This document shows, piece by piece, positions 30,132 through 40,806 of a stretch of DNA of 64,000 nt; within the stretch, counting starts at the first letter, position 1; each line of letters starts with the position of its first letter. Position numbers and translations under genes: made by a program. The stretch lies in assembly GCA_025451115.1 (NCBI GenBank), contig JANWKZ010000019.1:192-64191 (forward strand), read 5' to 3'. This stretch comes from Bacteroidia bacterium. GTDB lineage: Bacteria; Bacteroidota; Bacteroidia; B-17B0; Aurantibacillaceae. Below the pieces are notes generated by a model. The model was not told where the DNA came from. It made no database searches and saw nothing but the letters and a program-made list of their open reading frames with translations.

Positions 30132-31112
30132 ATGTATAGTGTAGATAAGGGATATGTAGAATCTGCTATTGATCCCACAATTGATATATTTGCAGAGATT
30201 GAAAAACTGAAACGCCAGAAAAATGTCATCCTACTGGCGCACTACTACCAGGACGCCGATATTCAGGACATCGCAGATTTTATTGGCGACAGTTTAGGGC
30301 TGGCCCAGGAAGCACAAAAAACAAAAGCCGATATCATTTTGTTTGCCGGGGTTCACTTCATGGCTGAAACAGCTAAAATTCTAAACCCCGATAAAAAAGT
30401 TTTAATTCCCGATCTAAATGCCGGATGTTCATTAGCAGATTCATGCCCCCCGGAAAAATTTTCCACATTTAAAAAACAACATCCTGATCATATTGTTATT
30501 TCTTACATTAATTGTAGTGCAGAGATAAAAGCCTTATCTGATATTATTTGTACTTCAAGTAATGCCGTACAAATTGTAAAAAGTTTACCAAAAGAACAAA
30601 AGATCATTTTTGCTCCTGATAAGAACCTGGGAGCTTATATAAATAAAGTATCCGGAAGAAATATGGTATTATGGGATGGAGCTTGTATGGTGCATGAGAT
30701 ATTTTCTCTAGAAAAGATCACTAAATTAAAGATACAACATCCCGAAGCTCAGTTGATAGCTCATCCCGAATGTGAATCAGCTATTTTAGAAAAAGCTGAC
30801 TTCATTGGAAGTACAACAGCTTTATTGAATTATACCAAGAAATCGGATAAAAAGGAATTCATAGTTGCAACCGAAACAGGTATTTTACATCAAATGATAA
30901 AATCTTCACCTGAAAAGACCTTCATTCCGGCCCCTCCGAATAACTCTTGTGCGTGTAATGATTGTCCGCATATGAAGCTAAATACACTGGAGAAAATATA
31001 CCTTACTTTGAAGTATGAAAAACCTGAATTAAACTTGCCAAAAGACCTTTTGGAAAGCGCAAAAAAGCCTATCTTGCGCATGCTCGACCTCTCTGCTAAA
31101 TTCGGCTTATAA
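30132..31112 (+). CDS. nadA: Quinolinate synthase
   Basis: LAHYYQ, GVHFMAE, AGCSLA, AHPEC, C.HMK.NTL. Confidence 0.96.
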   Translation: MYSVDKGYVESAIDPTIDIFAEIEKLKRQKNVILLAHYYQDADIQDIADFIGDSLGLAQEAQKTKADIILFAGVHFMAETAKILNPDKKVLIPDLNAGCSLADSCPPEKFSTFKKQHPDHIVISYINCSAEIKALSDIICTSSNAVQIVKSLPKEQKIIFAPDKNLGAYINKVSGRNMVLWDGACMVHEIFSLEKITKLKIQHPEAQLIAHPECESAILEKADFIGSTTALLNYTKKSDKKEFIVATETGILHQMIKSSPEKTFIPAPPNNSCACNDCPHMKLNTLEKIYLTLKYEKPELNLPKDLLESAKKPILRMLDLSAKFGL

Positions 31113-31117
31113 AATAT

Positions 31118-32800
31118 ATGCGCAGCAGGATACTAATATTTATTCTAATACTGAATTCAGCATTCCTGATACTTAATTCCCAGAATGTAAATCCAAATGG
31201 ATATAATATTTTCTATTATGATAACGGGAACAAATCATCTGAAGGTGGAATGGTGAATGGAAAACCGGAAGGGTATTGGAAGAATTATTATGAAACAGGT
31301 GTTTTAAAGAATGAGGGCAACCGAAAAAACTTTCAATTGGATAGTGTTTGGAAGTTCTATGGCGATAAAGGAAAGATCACTAAAAGCATTAAATACTCAG
31401 AAGGCAAAAAGAATGGATTTACCATTACCCATGATACTTCTGGCGCTATTGTATCTAAAGAGAATTATGTAGCGGATGTGAAACAAGGCATCTCTTACAA
31501 TCTATATAAGTCAGGAAAACTAAAACAAACAATACCCTATAAAAATGGTCGTGCTGACGGGATATCTTATGTGTTTTCAGAAGATTCCGTTGTTACCGCA
31601 ATCATTAAGTATAAAATGGGTTTTATTGAGAAGCAGGAAAAAATAAATCAAACCGACGAACAGGGAAATAAGCAAGGACTCTGGAAGGAATTTTATGCCG
31701 ATGGAACCGTAAAAAAAGAAACGCGCTTTAAGGATAATACGGTTGATGGTTATGTAAAAGAATATGACAAGACGGGCAACCTCACCGACATGAAAAAATT
31801 CAGTTACGGCAAAGAGGTTAAAAATGCGCCCGAGTTGGCCAAGCCGGATATTTTTAAAGCATACTTTGAGGATGGAAATGTGCGATACGAAGGGTTGTAT
31901 TTGAACGGCATGCCGCTTGGAACGCATTATAAATTCCATTTATCGCGCCGATGTGATTCGGTGCGCGTGTATGACGACAGTAGCGAAACCTATACGATGC
32001 AATACAAGTGTTTCAACTTATCAATTGCCGACTCGGCCTTTGTTTACCAGGAAGGATACATGTTGGAGCGCGGGCCGGTTGATTCGCTACGCCGCCGCCA
32101 GAAAGAATGGATAGAATACAACATCACGGGAGAATTCAGATCAAAGGGCACGTATGTAGATGATAAACGCATTGGCAATTGGGAGTTCTTCTATCCCAAT
32201 GGAAAAACCGAGCAAAAAGGGCGTTATGATAAGAAAGGTCGCGCGCAAGGCGAATGGGTTTTGTACTATGATGACGGAAAAATATTGCGAAAAGAAAATT
32301 ACAAGAACGATAAGCGTGAAGGGATCTTAGAAGAATATACAGAGGACGGAAAGCTGATCACCAAGGGAGAATACCTGGAGGATCAGAAAGAAGGAAACTG
32401 GTATTATGAGATCCTGAATTACAAAGAATACGGCGTTTACCGCAATGGCGTTCCTGATAGCACCTGGAAAGCCTATTACGTTAAGGAGAATAAATTGCGT
32501 TTTGAAGGAAAGTTCCTGAACGGCGACCCCGACGGGAAACACACTTATTATTACGCTAACGGAAAAGTACAGTCCATCGGGAAATATGTGGCGGGCCAGA
32601 AAGACGGCGATTGGTTATATTTTGAAGATGACGGATTTTTAGTGCTTACTGTAAACTACGAAATGGGAATTGAGCGCAAGTGGGATGGTCAGAAAGTTGT
32701 TCCTACATACGAAGAAAGCCTGAGGGTGTTTGAAGACACCAAAGAGAACCAGAAGAAAAACGAGAAAAAACCGGATGAGGGAGCTGAGCCTAAAAAATAA
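31118..32800 (+). CDS. Exported MORN-variant repeat protein (YwqK-like)
   Basis: Signal peptide and many G.W..YY.NG repeats. Confidence 0.85.
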   Translation: MRSRILIFILILNSAFLILNSQNVNPNGYNIFYYDNGNKSSEGGMVNGKPEGYWKNYYETGVLKNEGNRKNFQLDSVWKFYGDKGKITKSIKYSEGKKNGFTITHDTSGAIVSKENYVADVKQGISYNLYKSGKLKQTIPYKNGRADGISYVFSEDSVVTAIIKYKMGFIEKQEKINQTDEQGNKQGLWKEFYADGTVKKETRFKDNTVDGYVKEYDKTGNLTDMKKFSYGKEVKNAPELAKPDIFKAYFEDGNVRYEGLYLNGMPLGTHYKFHLSRRCDSVRVYDDSSETYTMQYKCFNLSIADSAFVYQEGYMLERGPVDSLRRRQKEWIEYNITGEFRSKGTYVDDKRIGNWEFFYPNGKTEQKGRYDKKGRAQGEWVLYYDDGKILRKENYKNDKREGILEEYTEDGKLITKGEYLEDQKEGNWYYEILNYKEYGVYRNGVPDSTWKAYYVKENKLRFEGKFLNGDPDGKHTYYYANGKVQSIGKYVAGQKDGDWLYFEDDGFLVLTVNYEMGIERKWDGQKVVPTYEESLRVFEDTKENQKKNEKKPDEGAEPKK

Positions 32801-35800
32801 GAATCATCCGCTGGCCGCCCTCGGCGGCCACACCGACCTCATATTAAAGAATATTGACGAGGTGATCTATTATGTAACATTGGATGGAAAAAAGGGCAAG
32901 CAGATCGTATTTCTTTCAGACAAGATCATTGATATCTTGGGCATCACCAAAAAAAAATACCTGGACCTTGGACGGAAAATACTTGATTATTGCTATAAGG
33001 ATGATATTCCGGAGATCATCCAACAAACCACGCAGATCTTAAAGAAAAAAAGGAAAGGGACTTTTCGTTATCGTTTCTATAACCCACGTCGGAAAGCGTT
33101 TGTTTGGATAGAGGAAACCATCTATCCGCAGCTCGACAAAAAGAAAAAGCTGATCGGTTATTTTGGTGTTTCCCGAAACATTGAGAACGAGAAAAAATAC
33201 GAGGAGCAGATCGTTGACAGCGAAAAAAAGTTCAGGCTCTTGGCAGAGAGCTCGTCCGACATCATTTTTCATTTCCAGTTCAAGCCAAAGGCTTCCTATA
33301 CCTATGTAAGTCCTTCCGTAAAACGTATCCTGGGTTATACACCCGAACAGTTTTATAAAGATGAGCTTATTGGTTTTAAGATCATTCACCCGGCCGATCG
33401 CGAGCTGCTGCTTAACTCGCAGCAGAACATCATTAAGAAAAGGGCGGTTACTAAAACATTTTCTAAGTTGGCAGCCAGGTATATTACTAAATCGGGCGAT
33501 GTGGTTTGGCTGGAGAATCGCTACTCACCAACATACAATGGCAAAGAGATCGTTGGGCTGCATTGCGTGAGTCGCGATATTACCGAACAGAAACTTAAAG
33601 AAGAACAATTAGCTGATAGTAAAACACAATTATCTAACATTCTGTCTAATCTTCCCGGCATGGCCTATCGTTGTTTGAATGACGATAAATGGACCATGAA
33701 GTTTGTTTCTTCCGGAGCTGTGGCGCTAACGGGCTACGAACCGCATGAGCTTATTGATAATAAGAAAAGGAGTTTTGCTTCACTGATACATCCGGAAGAC
33801 CGTGCGCTGGGAAAAAAGGAAATTAAAGCGGCGCTTAAGGCCCGAAGATCCTTCGAGATAGAATACCGCATCATTGATAAAAAAGGAAACATAAAATGTA
33901 TTTGGGAAAAGGGTTCGGGCGTTTACGACAGCAAGAACAAACTCCTTTACATTGAGGGATTCATCAATGATATCTCTGCGCGCAAAAGTGCGGAACACGA
34001 ATTGAACCAGCGTTGGCTTAATTACCGAAACCTGATCGACGCGATGCCCGTTGGGATCTTTATCCATGTAGACGGCAAGATAAAGTTTGGCAATAAAATG
34101 GCCTACGACATAGCGGGCATTGGCCCCAAGGATGATCTTGACAAATTTTCTCTGCTTGATTTTATAGACCCCGCTCTTCGCGCGAATGGAATTGAGCGTA
34201 TCAGGCGCGCCATGATGGGAGAAGACACGCCGTATATTGAATACAATATCACTACACGCAAGGGCGCTAAGAAAATGATCCGTACCAAATCCAGCCCCAT
34301 CATTTTTAATTCGCAACGGGCGGTGCAGATCGTGGTGCAGGATATTACCAACGAAAAGAAACTTGAAGAAGAAAAGATCAAGGCGCACCTGGCAGAGCAA
34401 ACTAATAAAGCGCTTCAAAAAGAGATCACATTACGTGTGCAATCGGAACAGAAGCTGAAAGCCATTTTTGAGAGCACCTCGCATCTTATCTGGACAATAA
34501 ACAAGGATCGCGAGATCGTTTCGTACAACCGCCAATATCACGACGCGGTGAAAAAATTGTGCGGCGTGAATTTGAAGCCCGGAACCAGCGTTACAACGTT
34601 CTCGCAGCGATTCGATCCGGCTGACATGAAAATTCTGCAGGAGGCGCACAAAAGTGCTTTTAGCGGCAAGGATAAGAAAATAGAGATCCCGCTGAAAGCG
34701 ATCGACGGAAGAACGTATTATCGCGAGATGCATTTTCATCCTATTGTGATCAATGGAAAGATCGAGGAGATAGCCGCCGTTGCGCAGGATACCACAGAGC
34801 GGAGGGATTATGAAAAGCAGATCATTGAACAATCGGCACGACTGAGGGCCATTTTTAAGAGTGGCTCACAGATCATGTGGACCGTGAACAGAGACCTTCA
34901 ATTAACCTCGTTCAATAAGAATTACGCCGACGCTATTTACCAACTGTATGGAACGTATCCCGAACTCAATACAGATATAAACAGGTTGCCAAAAAAAATG
35001 CGCTCAGAAGAATACAGCGAGTTCTGGAGTGGAAAGTACGAAGAGGTTTTAAAAGGAAAGAGCGTGGAGTTTGATACGGAACGCAATACGCTCGATGGGA
35101 AAAAGATCTATCGCCACATTTTCCTGCATCCGATTTATAATGAGAAAGAGGAAGCAACGGAGGTGTCGGCCATTGGCTATGATATCACGGGGCAGAAAAA
35201 GGCGCAGGAGGAGATCTTAAGCAAGCAATCGCAGCTGGAGGCGATCATCAATACAACCGACGACATCATTTTCTCGCTCGACCAGAACTTTAAATTAGTG
35301 GAGTTCAACGAGGTGATGCGACAGATCGTGCGCGAAAGGAACAAGAAGGAATTAAAGCCGGGAATGTCCATTCTCGATATTTTGCCGGGCACCCACCAGT
35401 CGGAACTGAAGGCGATCTACAAGCGCGTGCTGAACGGCGAAAGCGTAACCGCGATAGAAACCTTTGAGGTGGGCAAGGAAGAAAAATTGTACGAGGCGCA
35501 CTATAACCCGATCAAAACGGGAGATGTAATTACGGGTATCGCCGTGTTCTCGAGGGATATTACCGAGCAGAAACGAAACGAGGAGGAGATCCTGAACAAA
35601 CAGTCACGCCTTTCGGCCATCATTAATAATACACAGGACATTATTGTTTCGATCGATAAGAATTACAACATCATTGAGTTCAACGAGGTGCTTGCGAGCA
35701 TGGTGAAGCGCGCTTTTAACAAGGATCTCAAGCCCGGCGTGCCGGTATTTGAAACGCTGGCGCCCCAGTACCACAAAGAGATGCGCAGCATTTATGAGCG

Positions 35801-36575
35801 GGTCTTTAAAGGAGAGAGCGTGAGTTCGGTTGGGCAATATGGCCAGGGTGAAAATAAGATGTTCCTGGAAACGCACTATAACCCGATCCGTACAGCGGGT
35901 AAGATCACGGGTATCGCTATTTTCTCGAGGGATATTTCGGCGCAGAAGAAATCGGAGGACGATATTTTAAAATCGCTGAAGGAAAAAGAGGTGCTTTTAA
36001 AAGAAGTGCATCACCGCGTGAAGAACAACCTGCAGGTTATTTCCAGTATTCTTAACCTGCAAACGGCCTACCTGAAAGATCGCGCCACCATTAACCTGTT
36101 AAAAGAGTGCCAGAACCGCATCAAGACCATGGCATTCATCCACGAATCGCTGTACCAGAACAAAGATTTCTCGCAGATCAATTTCAGCGAGTACATAATA
36201 ACCCTGGTGAAGAACCTCTTTTATTCCTTTGAGGCTAACCACCAAAAGGTAAAGACACATTTTGCCGTTGATACGATCTTTCTTAATTTAGATCTGTCAA
36301 TTCCCTGTGGTCTCATCATGAATGAGCTTGTGTCAAACGCGCTTAAATATGCCTTTGATGACGGCAGGGAGGGCACCGTTTTTATTACGCTTAAAAAAGA
36401 AAAAGGGAAGATCAAAATGGGGGTGGCCGATAATGGCCGCGGAATACCCGAACACATTAACTTTAAGAACACCGAAACGCTGGGTTTGCAATTGGTTACA
36501 ACGCTAACCGAACAAATAAACGGGACTATAACAATGAATAGAAATAAAGGTACTACATTTGAAATTATATTTTAA
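32775..36575 (+). CDS. Cytoplasmic multi-PAS (about 8) histidine kinase, HisKA_2 type
   Basis: Repeated PAS/PAC units ending DITE; EVHHRVKNNLQ, NELVSNALKYAF, DNGRG, LGLQLV; no TM helix. Confidence 0.92.
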   Translation: MRELSLKNKNHPLAALGGHTDLILKNIDEVIYYVTLDGKKGKQIVFLSDKIIDILGITKKKYLDLGRKILDYCYKDDIPEIIQQTTQILKKKRKGTFRYRFYNPRRKAFVWIEETIYPQLDKKKKLIGYFGVSRNIENEKKYEEQIVDSEKKFRLLAESSSDIIFHFQFKPKASYTYVSPSVKRILGYTPEQFYKDELIGFKIIHPADRELLLNSQQNIIKKRAVTKTFSKLAARYITKSGDVVWLENRYSPTYNGKEIVGLHCVSRDITEQKLKEEQLADSKTQLSNILSNLPGMAYRCLNDDKWTMKFVSSGAVALTGYEPHELIDNKKRSFASLIHPEDRALGKKEIKAALKARRSFEIEYRIIDKKGNIKCIWEKGSGVYDSKNKLLYIEGFINDISARKSAEHELNQRWLNYRNLIDAMPVGIFIHVDGKIKFGNKMAYDIAGIGPKDDLDKFSLLDFIDPALRANGIERIRRAMMGEDTPYIEYNITTRKGAKKMIRTKSSPIIFNSQRAVQIVVQDITNEKKLEEEKIKAHLAEQTNKALQKEITLRVQSEQKLKAIFESTSHLIWTINKDREIVSYNRQYHDAVKKLCGVNLKPGTSVTTFSQRFDPADMKILQEAHKSAFSGKDKKIEIPLKAIDGRTYYREMHFHPIVINGKIEEIAAVAQDTTERRDYEKQIIEQSARLRAIFKSGSQIMWTVNRDLQLTSFNKNYADAIYQLYGTYPELNTDINRLPKKMRSEEYSEFWSGKYEEVLKGKSVEFDTERNTLDGKKIYRHIFLHPIYNEKEEATEVSAIGYDITGQKKAQEEILSKQSQLEAIINTTDDIIFSLDQNFKLVEFNEVMRQIVRERNKKELKPGMSILDILPGTHQSELKAIYKRVLNGESVTAIETFEVGKEEKLYEAHYNPIKTGDVITGIAVFSRDITEQKRNEEEILNKQSRLSAIINNTQDIIVSIDKNYNIIEFNEVLASMVKRAFNKDLKPGVPVFETLAPQYHKEMRSIYERVFKGESVSSVGQYGQGENKMFLETHYNPIRTAGKITGIAIFSRDISAQKKSEDDILKSLKEKEVLLKEVHHRVKNNLQVISSILNLQTAYLKDRATINLLKECQNRIKTMAFIHESLYQNKDFSQINFSEYIITLVKNLFYSFEANHQKVKTHFAVDTIFLNLDLSIPCGLIMNELVSNALKYAFDDGREGTVFITLKKEKGKIKMGVADNGRGIPEHINFKNTETLGLQLVTTLTEQINGTITMNRNKGTTFEIIF

Positions 36576-36580
36576 CCTAT

Positions 36581-37336
36581 ATGGCAGGAGGAATTAATAT
36601 ACTGGTTGTTGAAGACGAAAGCATCGTCTCAAAGGACATACAAAATAGCCTGAAGAAGATCGGCTATAACGTGGTTGGCGCATGCAATAACGCCGCCGAA
36701 GCGGTTGATCTGGCAAGAGAACATCATCCGGACGTGGTGTTGATGGACATCATGCTGAAAGGTCCGCAAACCGGCATCGATGCCGCCGACCAGATCAAGC
36801 AAATGAACATTCCCGTTATTTTCTTAACGGCTTATGCTGATGAAAGCACCCTTTCTAAAGCAAAGATCACCGAGCCTTATGGCTATATCCTGAAGCCTTT
36901 CAAAGAGAAAGATTTACATATTTCCATAGAAATGGCGATTCACCGCCATAAGAAACACAGCGAACTTAAAAAGGAGCGCGATTTTCTTTACTCACTGGTG
37001 GAAAATAAAGAAGGAAGCAAAGATGTGCTGTTTGTGAAAACGAACAGCCGCCTGGTAAAGATCAATATGAAGGACGTGTTCTTCATTGAAGCATTGAAAG
37101 ATTATGTTGTGATCAACACAGAGCTTACCCGTTACACGGTTCACTCAACCATGAAGGACATTGAAAAGAAACTGGCGCCGAATGAATTTCTGCGCGTACA
37201 CCGTTCTTTCATTGCCCGTGTGGATAAGATCGTGGCCATTGAGAATCACAACCTCATTTTAGAGAAAGATAAAAAGCCAATTCCAATTGGCGGATCTTAT
37301 AAAGATGAGTTGCTGCAGCGCCTGAACATGGTTTAG
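36581..37336 (+). CDS. Response regulator, REC-LytTR
   Basis: VEDE, LMDI, KPF; F.RVHRSFI. Confidence 0.92.
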   Translation: MAGGINILVVEDESIVSKDIQNSLKKIGYNVVGACNNAAEAVDLAREHHPDVVLMDIMLKGPQTGIDAADQIKQMNIPVIFLTAYADESTLSKAKITEPYGYILKPFKEKDLHISIEMAIHRHKKHSELKKERDFLYSLVENKEGSKDVLFVKTNSRLVKINMKDVFFIEALKDYVVINTELTRYTVHSTMKDIEKKLAPNEFLRVHRSFIARVDKIVAIENHNLILEKDKKPIPIGGSYKDELLQRLNMV

Positions 37337-37761
37337 GACTCCACCACTTTTTTTAAGCCTTCTAATACTTTATTCCAATTCTCTTCCGAGTGCTTTTTCA
37401 TTTTTTCGTCAGGCACATTGCCTTGCGTGATCGTTAATTCTGTGATGCCATCACGTTCTTTGAGGTCGTATGAAATGTCGGCGTAATTCTCAGGCCTGTC
37501 TTCCATGCCCGACATGGAGCTCCAATAAGTGTATTTAAAATGATCGGGTTTATCAGACGAAAGGATCGTTCCTTTATCCTCATAGCTTTTTCCCTGCCAC
37601 TCACCTTTAAAGATGATTGGGCTCCCCTCCTTCCAGTCGGAAACCGCGTTAGTACCGAAGAAATATTTTTTTATTAGTTCGGGCGTGGTAAGCGCATCCC
37701 ATACTTTTTCTTTGGATGCCGATACACGAATGCTTGATCTGGCTATGAAATTTCCTCCCAT
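37333..37761 (-). CDS. SRPBCC/AHSA1-domain protein
   Basis: KVWDALT.PE.IK.YFFGT, NW..VL..LK. Confidence 0.85.
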   Translation of the reverse strand: MGGNFIARSSIRVSASKEKVWDALTTPELIKKYFFGTNAVSDWKEGSPIIFKGEWQGKSYEDKGTILSSDKPDHFKYTYWSSMSGMEDRPENYADISYDLKERDGITELTITQGNVPDEKMKKHSEENWNKVLEGLKKVVES

Positions 37762-37794
37762 GGATTGTATTTATTTCCTGCAAATATAAAAGAA

Positions 37795-37816
37795 GAAGGC
37801 CCCGGACGGGGCCTTC
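37795..37816 (-). terminator. Terminator hairpin
   Basis: GAAGGCCCCG-GA-CGGGGCCTTC with a T-rich tail on the - strand. Confidence 0.65.
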
Positions 37817-37859
37817 GCGCATTGCATCTTTTGGGATATAAACTTATGTAAGCAAAGAT

Positions 37860-38360
37860 CTACAAGCAGGCGCAGAGAACACCGCCCATTAACGCGGCGC
37901 TCACGATCCAGAAACCAACGTTGATAGCAATATATTTAAAACCCCTTCTTTCAAAAAGGGCATTTATTCCAATGATAGGAAGGCCGGCAAACAGGCCAAC
38001 CAAAACTCCATGAAAAGCCCCGTGCTTGAAGGTGCGGAAGTTGCCGCCGAACTTGTCCATTAAACCTTTAAAGATCATTTGCGTTTCCGAACCCTCCTCG
38101 CGGATGCCCGGAGTATCAGCGAAGAGCGAGTAAAGATGTAGCTGGTGAATTACGCTCGGCATTAATACCATGCAAAAGAAAAGACTGAACAAATAGGTGA
38201 GCCCGAACACCAACGCCATATTCGCCCCTTTCGCCTTTTCCTCGGTCATGTCTGCCGCCTTCATCCAGGCTGTTCCGAAAGTTTTAGGATTATACCAAAT
38301 GAAGCCAACCACCAGGGGCAAGAGAGCTGTAAGAAACGGAACGTACCAATTGAAAGTCAT
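37860..38360 (-). CDS. DUF1761-family membrane protein
   Basis: GFIWY.PK.FG..W, FRTFKHGA.HG, LFER..FKY..IN. Confidence 0.85.
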   Translation of the reverse strand: MTFNWYVPFLTALLPLVVGFIWYNPKTFGTAWMKAADMTEEKAKGANMALVFGLTYLFSLFFCMVLMPSVIHQLHLYSLFADTPGIREEGSETQMIFKGLMDKFGGNFRTFKHGAFHGVLVGLFAGLPIIGINALFERRGFKYIAINVGFWIVSAALMGGVLCACL

Positions 38361-38556
38361 AGTTTGTATTTTTAGCCGAAGACTCCTTCGGGATAGTTTC
38401 ATCAAAAGTAGGGTTGTGTGCTACGTGAAAACACGTAATACAAACAGCTTGTTAACTTTTTCGATGTGAAAAAGTTTTTCGGAGGCTTTGGTACGTTTAT
38501 TGCCTTTATGGCATACCTTCGCAACGGAGGACGAATAAAATTAAAAAATTGAAACT

Positions 38557-38685
38557 ATGAAAAAGATGAAAGTTATGTTCCTGCTGGCGACCTTTGTAAT
38601 AGGCCTTGCTGCCTCGTCTTGCCGCACCCACCAAAGCTGTCCGGCTTATGGCAGCGCGCATAAAGCTAAACACCGCGCTATTTAG
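38557..38685 (+). CDS. 42-aa micro-lipoprotein MKKMKVMFLLATFVIGLAASSCRTHQSCPAYGSAHKAKHRAI (not in the ORF track)
   Basis: A-rich leader, lipobox ASSC, C-x5-CPAY, upstream TACCTTCG box at 38514-38521. Confidence 0.75.
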   Translation: MKKMKVMFLLATFVIGLAASSCRTHQSCPAYGSAHKAKHRAI

Positions 38686-38813
38686 TATCAGTAAAGATTG
38701 CTGTGAGGGCAGTTGTTTTATCTTGACAGGCATTGCAAAGCTGATGTACAAAGTGTTGTAAACGCTTTGTGTTTTTTGGCGTATCTTTGTGCCCCTTTCT
38801 GAGGGGCTTTTTC

Positions 38814-40700
38814 ATGCAGAATCTTTACGATGTAATAGTAGTTGGAGCCGGCCACGCCGGTTGTGAGGCCGCCGCCGCGGCAGCCAATATGGGCTCTAAG
38901 GTCCTGCTCGTAACCATGAACATGCAAACCATTGCCCAGATGAGCTGCAACCCCGCCATGGGCGGAATTGCAAAAGGACAAATAGTTCGCGAGATCGATG
39001 CCCTGGGGGGTTATTCGGGAATTGTTTCCGACCGCTCTGCCATCCAGTTCCGGATGTTGAATCGGAGCAAGGGACCCGCTATGTGGAGCCCGCGCACGCA
39101 GAACGACCGCATGTTATTTGCGGCCGAATGGCGAAAAATGCTGGAACAAACACCCAACGTTGATTTTTGGCAAGATACCGTTAGCGCTCTTTTGATCAGC
39201 AAAGATGGAAAGCGCGTTGAAGGCGTGGTGACTGGGATGGGTTTAGAGTTCAAGGCAAAAGCGGTTGTGCTTACCAATGGCACTTTTCTTAACGGATTAA
39301 TTCATATCGGGGAAAAGAATTTTTCGGGTGGCCGCACAGGTGAGAAAGCCGCGCACGGAATTACAGAACAATTGGTAAAGCTTGGCTTTGAAAGCGGCCG
39401 CATGAAAACCGGAACCCCTCCCCGACTCGATGGCCGCAGCATAGATTACTCAAAGACCGAAACACAGGAGGGCGATGACTTTATTGATAAATTTTCTTAC
39501 CTCGAAAATACTTCCCCCTTCATAGGCCCGAACAAAAAGAAACAGGTTCCCTGTCACATTACCTACACCAACCAACAGGTTCACGATATTTTAAAAACCG
39601 GCTTCGAAAAGTCGCCGATGTTTGCCGGCCGCATCCAGGGATTGGGCCCGAGGTATTGCCCATCTATTGAAGATAAGATCAATCGTTTTTCTGAGCGCGA
39701 GAGACACCAGCTTTTTATTGAACCGGAAGGTTGGGATACGGTGGAAATTTACCTGAACGGTTTTTCTACTTCGCTACCGGAGGATGTTCAACTGAAAGCT
39801 TTGCGATTAATTCCAGGACTTGAGAACGTGAAAATGTTCCGTCCCGGTTACGCAATCGAGTACGATTACTTCCCCCCTACCCAACTGAAACTTTCTTTAG
39901 AGACGCAACTTATTGATAATCTGTATTTTGCAGGACAAATCAATGGCACCACCGGATACGAAGAGGCTGGTTGTCAAGGACTTATGGCCGGAATCAACGC
40001 CCATTTAAAAATTAAGGAAAAAGAATCGCTTATTCTGAATCGTTATGATGGTTATATCGGAGTTCTGATCGATGACCTGGTGAACAAGGGAACAGACGAA
40101 CCTTATCGCATGTTCACAAGCCGATCGGAGTACCGCTTGCTTTTGCGCCAGGATAATGCCGATATCCGACTGACGCCACTTTCGCACAAGCTGGGGCTGG
40201 CATCAGAAGAGCGCATGAAACGTGTTGAAGAGAAAGTAAAGAACTCGGAGTCGATCATAAATTATTTCAAGAACAACAGCGCCGAGCCGGGCGATATGAA
40301 TCCCTTTTTGGAAAGCATAGGGTCCTCGCCCATTAACCAAAAGGTGCGTTATCACAACGTCCTTTCGCGGCCCAATATTTCTATACCCGAAATGCTTCGC
40401 TACTCGAAGGGTCTGGAGAACGCCCTGGCCGGATACGATGCCGAAACCATCGAACAGGCCGAGATCCTGATGAAGTACGAAGGCTACATTGAACGCGAAA
40501 AAGAAAACGCCCTCAAACTAAAACGACTTGAAGAACTCAAGATCTGGGACAACTTTAACTACGACGATGTGTCGAGCATCTCAGCTGAGGCGCGTGAAAA
40601 ACTTAAGAAGATAAAGCCCGGAACCCTTGGCCAGGCCTCGCGTATTTCGGGCATCAATCCATCCGACATTTCAATTCTTATGGTTTATATGGGGCGATAG
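38814..40700 (+). CDS. mnmG: tRNA uridine-5-carboxymethylaminomethyl modification enzyme MnmG (GidA)
   Basis: GAGHAGCEAA, MSCNPA.GG, GPRYCPSIEDK, AGQINGTTGYEEA; -7 box at 38782-38789. Confidence 0.97.
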   Translation: MQNLYDVIVVGAGHAGCEAAAAAANMGSKVLLVTMNMQTIAQMSCNPAMGGIAKGQIVREIDALGGYSGIVSDRSAIQFRMLNRSKGPAMWSPRTQNDRMLFAAEWRKMLEQTPNVDFWQDTVSALLISKDGKRVEGVVTGMGLEFKAKAVVLTNGTFLNGLIHIGEKNFSGGRTGEKAAHGITEQLVKLGFESGRMKTGTPPRLDGRSIDYSKTETQEGDDFIDKFSYLENTSPFIGPNKKKQVPCHITYTNQQVHDILKTGFEKSPMFAGRIQGLGPRYCPSIEDKINRFSERERHQLFIEPEGWDTVEIYLNGFSTSLPEDVQLKALRLIPGLENVKMFRPGYAIEYDYFPPTQLKLSLETQLIDNLYFAGQINGTTGYEEAGCQGLMAGINAHLKIKEKESLILNRYDGYIGVLIDDLVNKGTDEPYRMFTSRSEYRLLLRQDNADIRLTPLSHKLGLASEERMKRVEEKVKNSESIINYFKNNSAEPGDMNPFLESIGSSPINQKVRYHNVLSRPNISIPEMLRYSKGLENALAGYDAETIEQAEILMKYEGYIEREKENALKLKRLEELKIWDNFNYDDVSSISAEAREKLKKIKPGTLGQASRISGINPSDISILMVYMGR

Positions 40701-40714
40701 TTCCACGTGAAACA
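40699..40714. promoter_or_regulatory. parS site 1
   Basis: AGTTCCACGTGAAACA versus consensus TGTTNCACGTGAAACA; overlaps the mnmG stop codon. Confidence 0.85.
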
Positions 40715-40763
40715 TTTTCCTTTATTTTTGCGCCCCCCGTTTAGTGACCCGAGATCGTTCAAG

Positions 40764-40788
40764 TGTCTCGACTACGCTCGACATGACA
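40764..40788 (-). repeat. GTCA-tagged REP-like hairpin
   Basis: - strand reads TGTCA-TGTC-GAGCGTAGTCGA-GACA; sister copy at 42917-42941. Confidence 0.75.
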
Positions 40789-40806
40789 GGGGATAAATTC
40801 AATCGT

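Noticed and set aside
31140-31182. Heptamer periodicity (TWCNNNA) encoding ILNSAFLILNS in a signal peptide
   Set aside because: Only about 5 degenerate units; too weak to support as a repeat insertion.
31118-32800. YwqK 'antitoxin' as evidence for a toxin-antitoxin system
   Set aside because: It is a generic MORN-variant repeat protein with a signal peptide, and no toxin gene is adjacent.
38417-38433. parS-like TGTGCTACGTGAAAACA
   Set aside because: Too many mismatches and not palindromic compared with the three good sites.
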